This document shows positions 63,520-64,000 of a DNA stretch of 64,000 bases, one piece after another. Every line of letters starts with the position of its first letter. Position 1 is the stretch's first letter. A model generated the notes under the pieces. That model was not told the DNA's origin. It saw only the letters and a list, made by a program, of their open reading frames with translations, and made no database searches. Position numbers and translations under genes: made by a program. This DNA comes from Octopus sinensis (lineage: Eukaryota): assembly GCF_006345805.1 (NCBI RefSeq), contig NC_043003.1:19158001-19222000 (forward strand). The letters run 5' to 3'.

Positions 63520-64000
63520 TATCATCATCATCATCATTTAGCGTCCGTTCTCCATGCTAGCATGGGTTGGACGGTTCAACTGGGGTCTGTGAAGCTGGAA
63601 GGCTTCATCAGGCCCAGTCAGATCTGGCAGTGTTTCTACGGCTGGATGCCCTTCCTAACGCCAACCACTCCGTGAGTGTAGTGGGTGCTTTTTACGTGCC
63701 ACCCGCACAGGTGCCAGACAGAGCTGGCAAACGGCCACGAACGGATGGTGCTTTTACGTGTCACCGGCACGGGGCCAGGCGAGGCTGGCAACGGACACGA
63801 ACGGATGGTGCTTTTACGTGCCACCAACACGGGGGCCAGACAGAGCTGGCAAACGGCCACGAACGGATGGTGCTTTTACGTGTCACCGGCACGGGGGCCA
63901 GGCGAGGCTGGCAACGGGCATGAACGGATGGTGCTTTTACATGCCACCGACACGGGGGCCAGACAGGGCTGGCAAACGGCCACGAATGGATGGTGCTTTT
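63520..64000. repeat. RTE-tailed repeat with an internal tandem array of about 60 bp in alternating A/B variants, running off the window end
   Basis: Units ggtgcttttacgtgccacc...gccagacagagctggcaaacggccacgaacggat alternate with ...gccaggcgaggctggcaacggacacgaacggat. Confidence 0.9.

Overview
AT-rich, repeat-dense eukaryotic genomic DNA. The tRNA-head SINE families and microsatellite style look like octopus or another coleoid cephalopod (inferred from repeat recognition). The main gene is on the minus strand. It is the 3' half of an A1CF/RBM47/RBM46-family RNA-binding protein, with seven phase-consistent GT-AG coding exons from 61195 down to the stop at 34752. It includes a C-terminal dsRBD-like domain and a His7 tract; the RRM exons presumably lie beyond the window end. 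A very long 3' UTR may run to about 22.3 kb. A weakly supported plus-strand spliced transcript may occupy the first 17 kb. Mobile DNA includes a 5'-truncated Tx1/L1-clade LINE, a near-complete CR1/L2-clade ORF2, several RTE remnants, a decayed Tc1 (DD34E), Tc1/hAT/piggyBac MITEs and at least four SINE or SINE-like families. The most notable hidden signal is a family of (TA)n-anchored foldback elements carrying minimal type I hammerhead ribozyme motifs. One copy has an intact catalytic core (8133-8175, minus), one family copy is decayed, and a third decayed hammerhead lies in a different context. The architecture resembles Penelope/retrozyme elements. Other points of interest are a candidate poison exon beside a pre-miRNA-like hairpin, SINE-LINE shared 3' tails, and an RTE inversion joined to a 48-bp minisatellite. 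All alignments and folds were done by eye; no searches were run.
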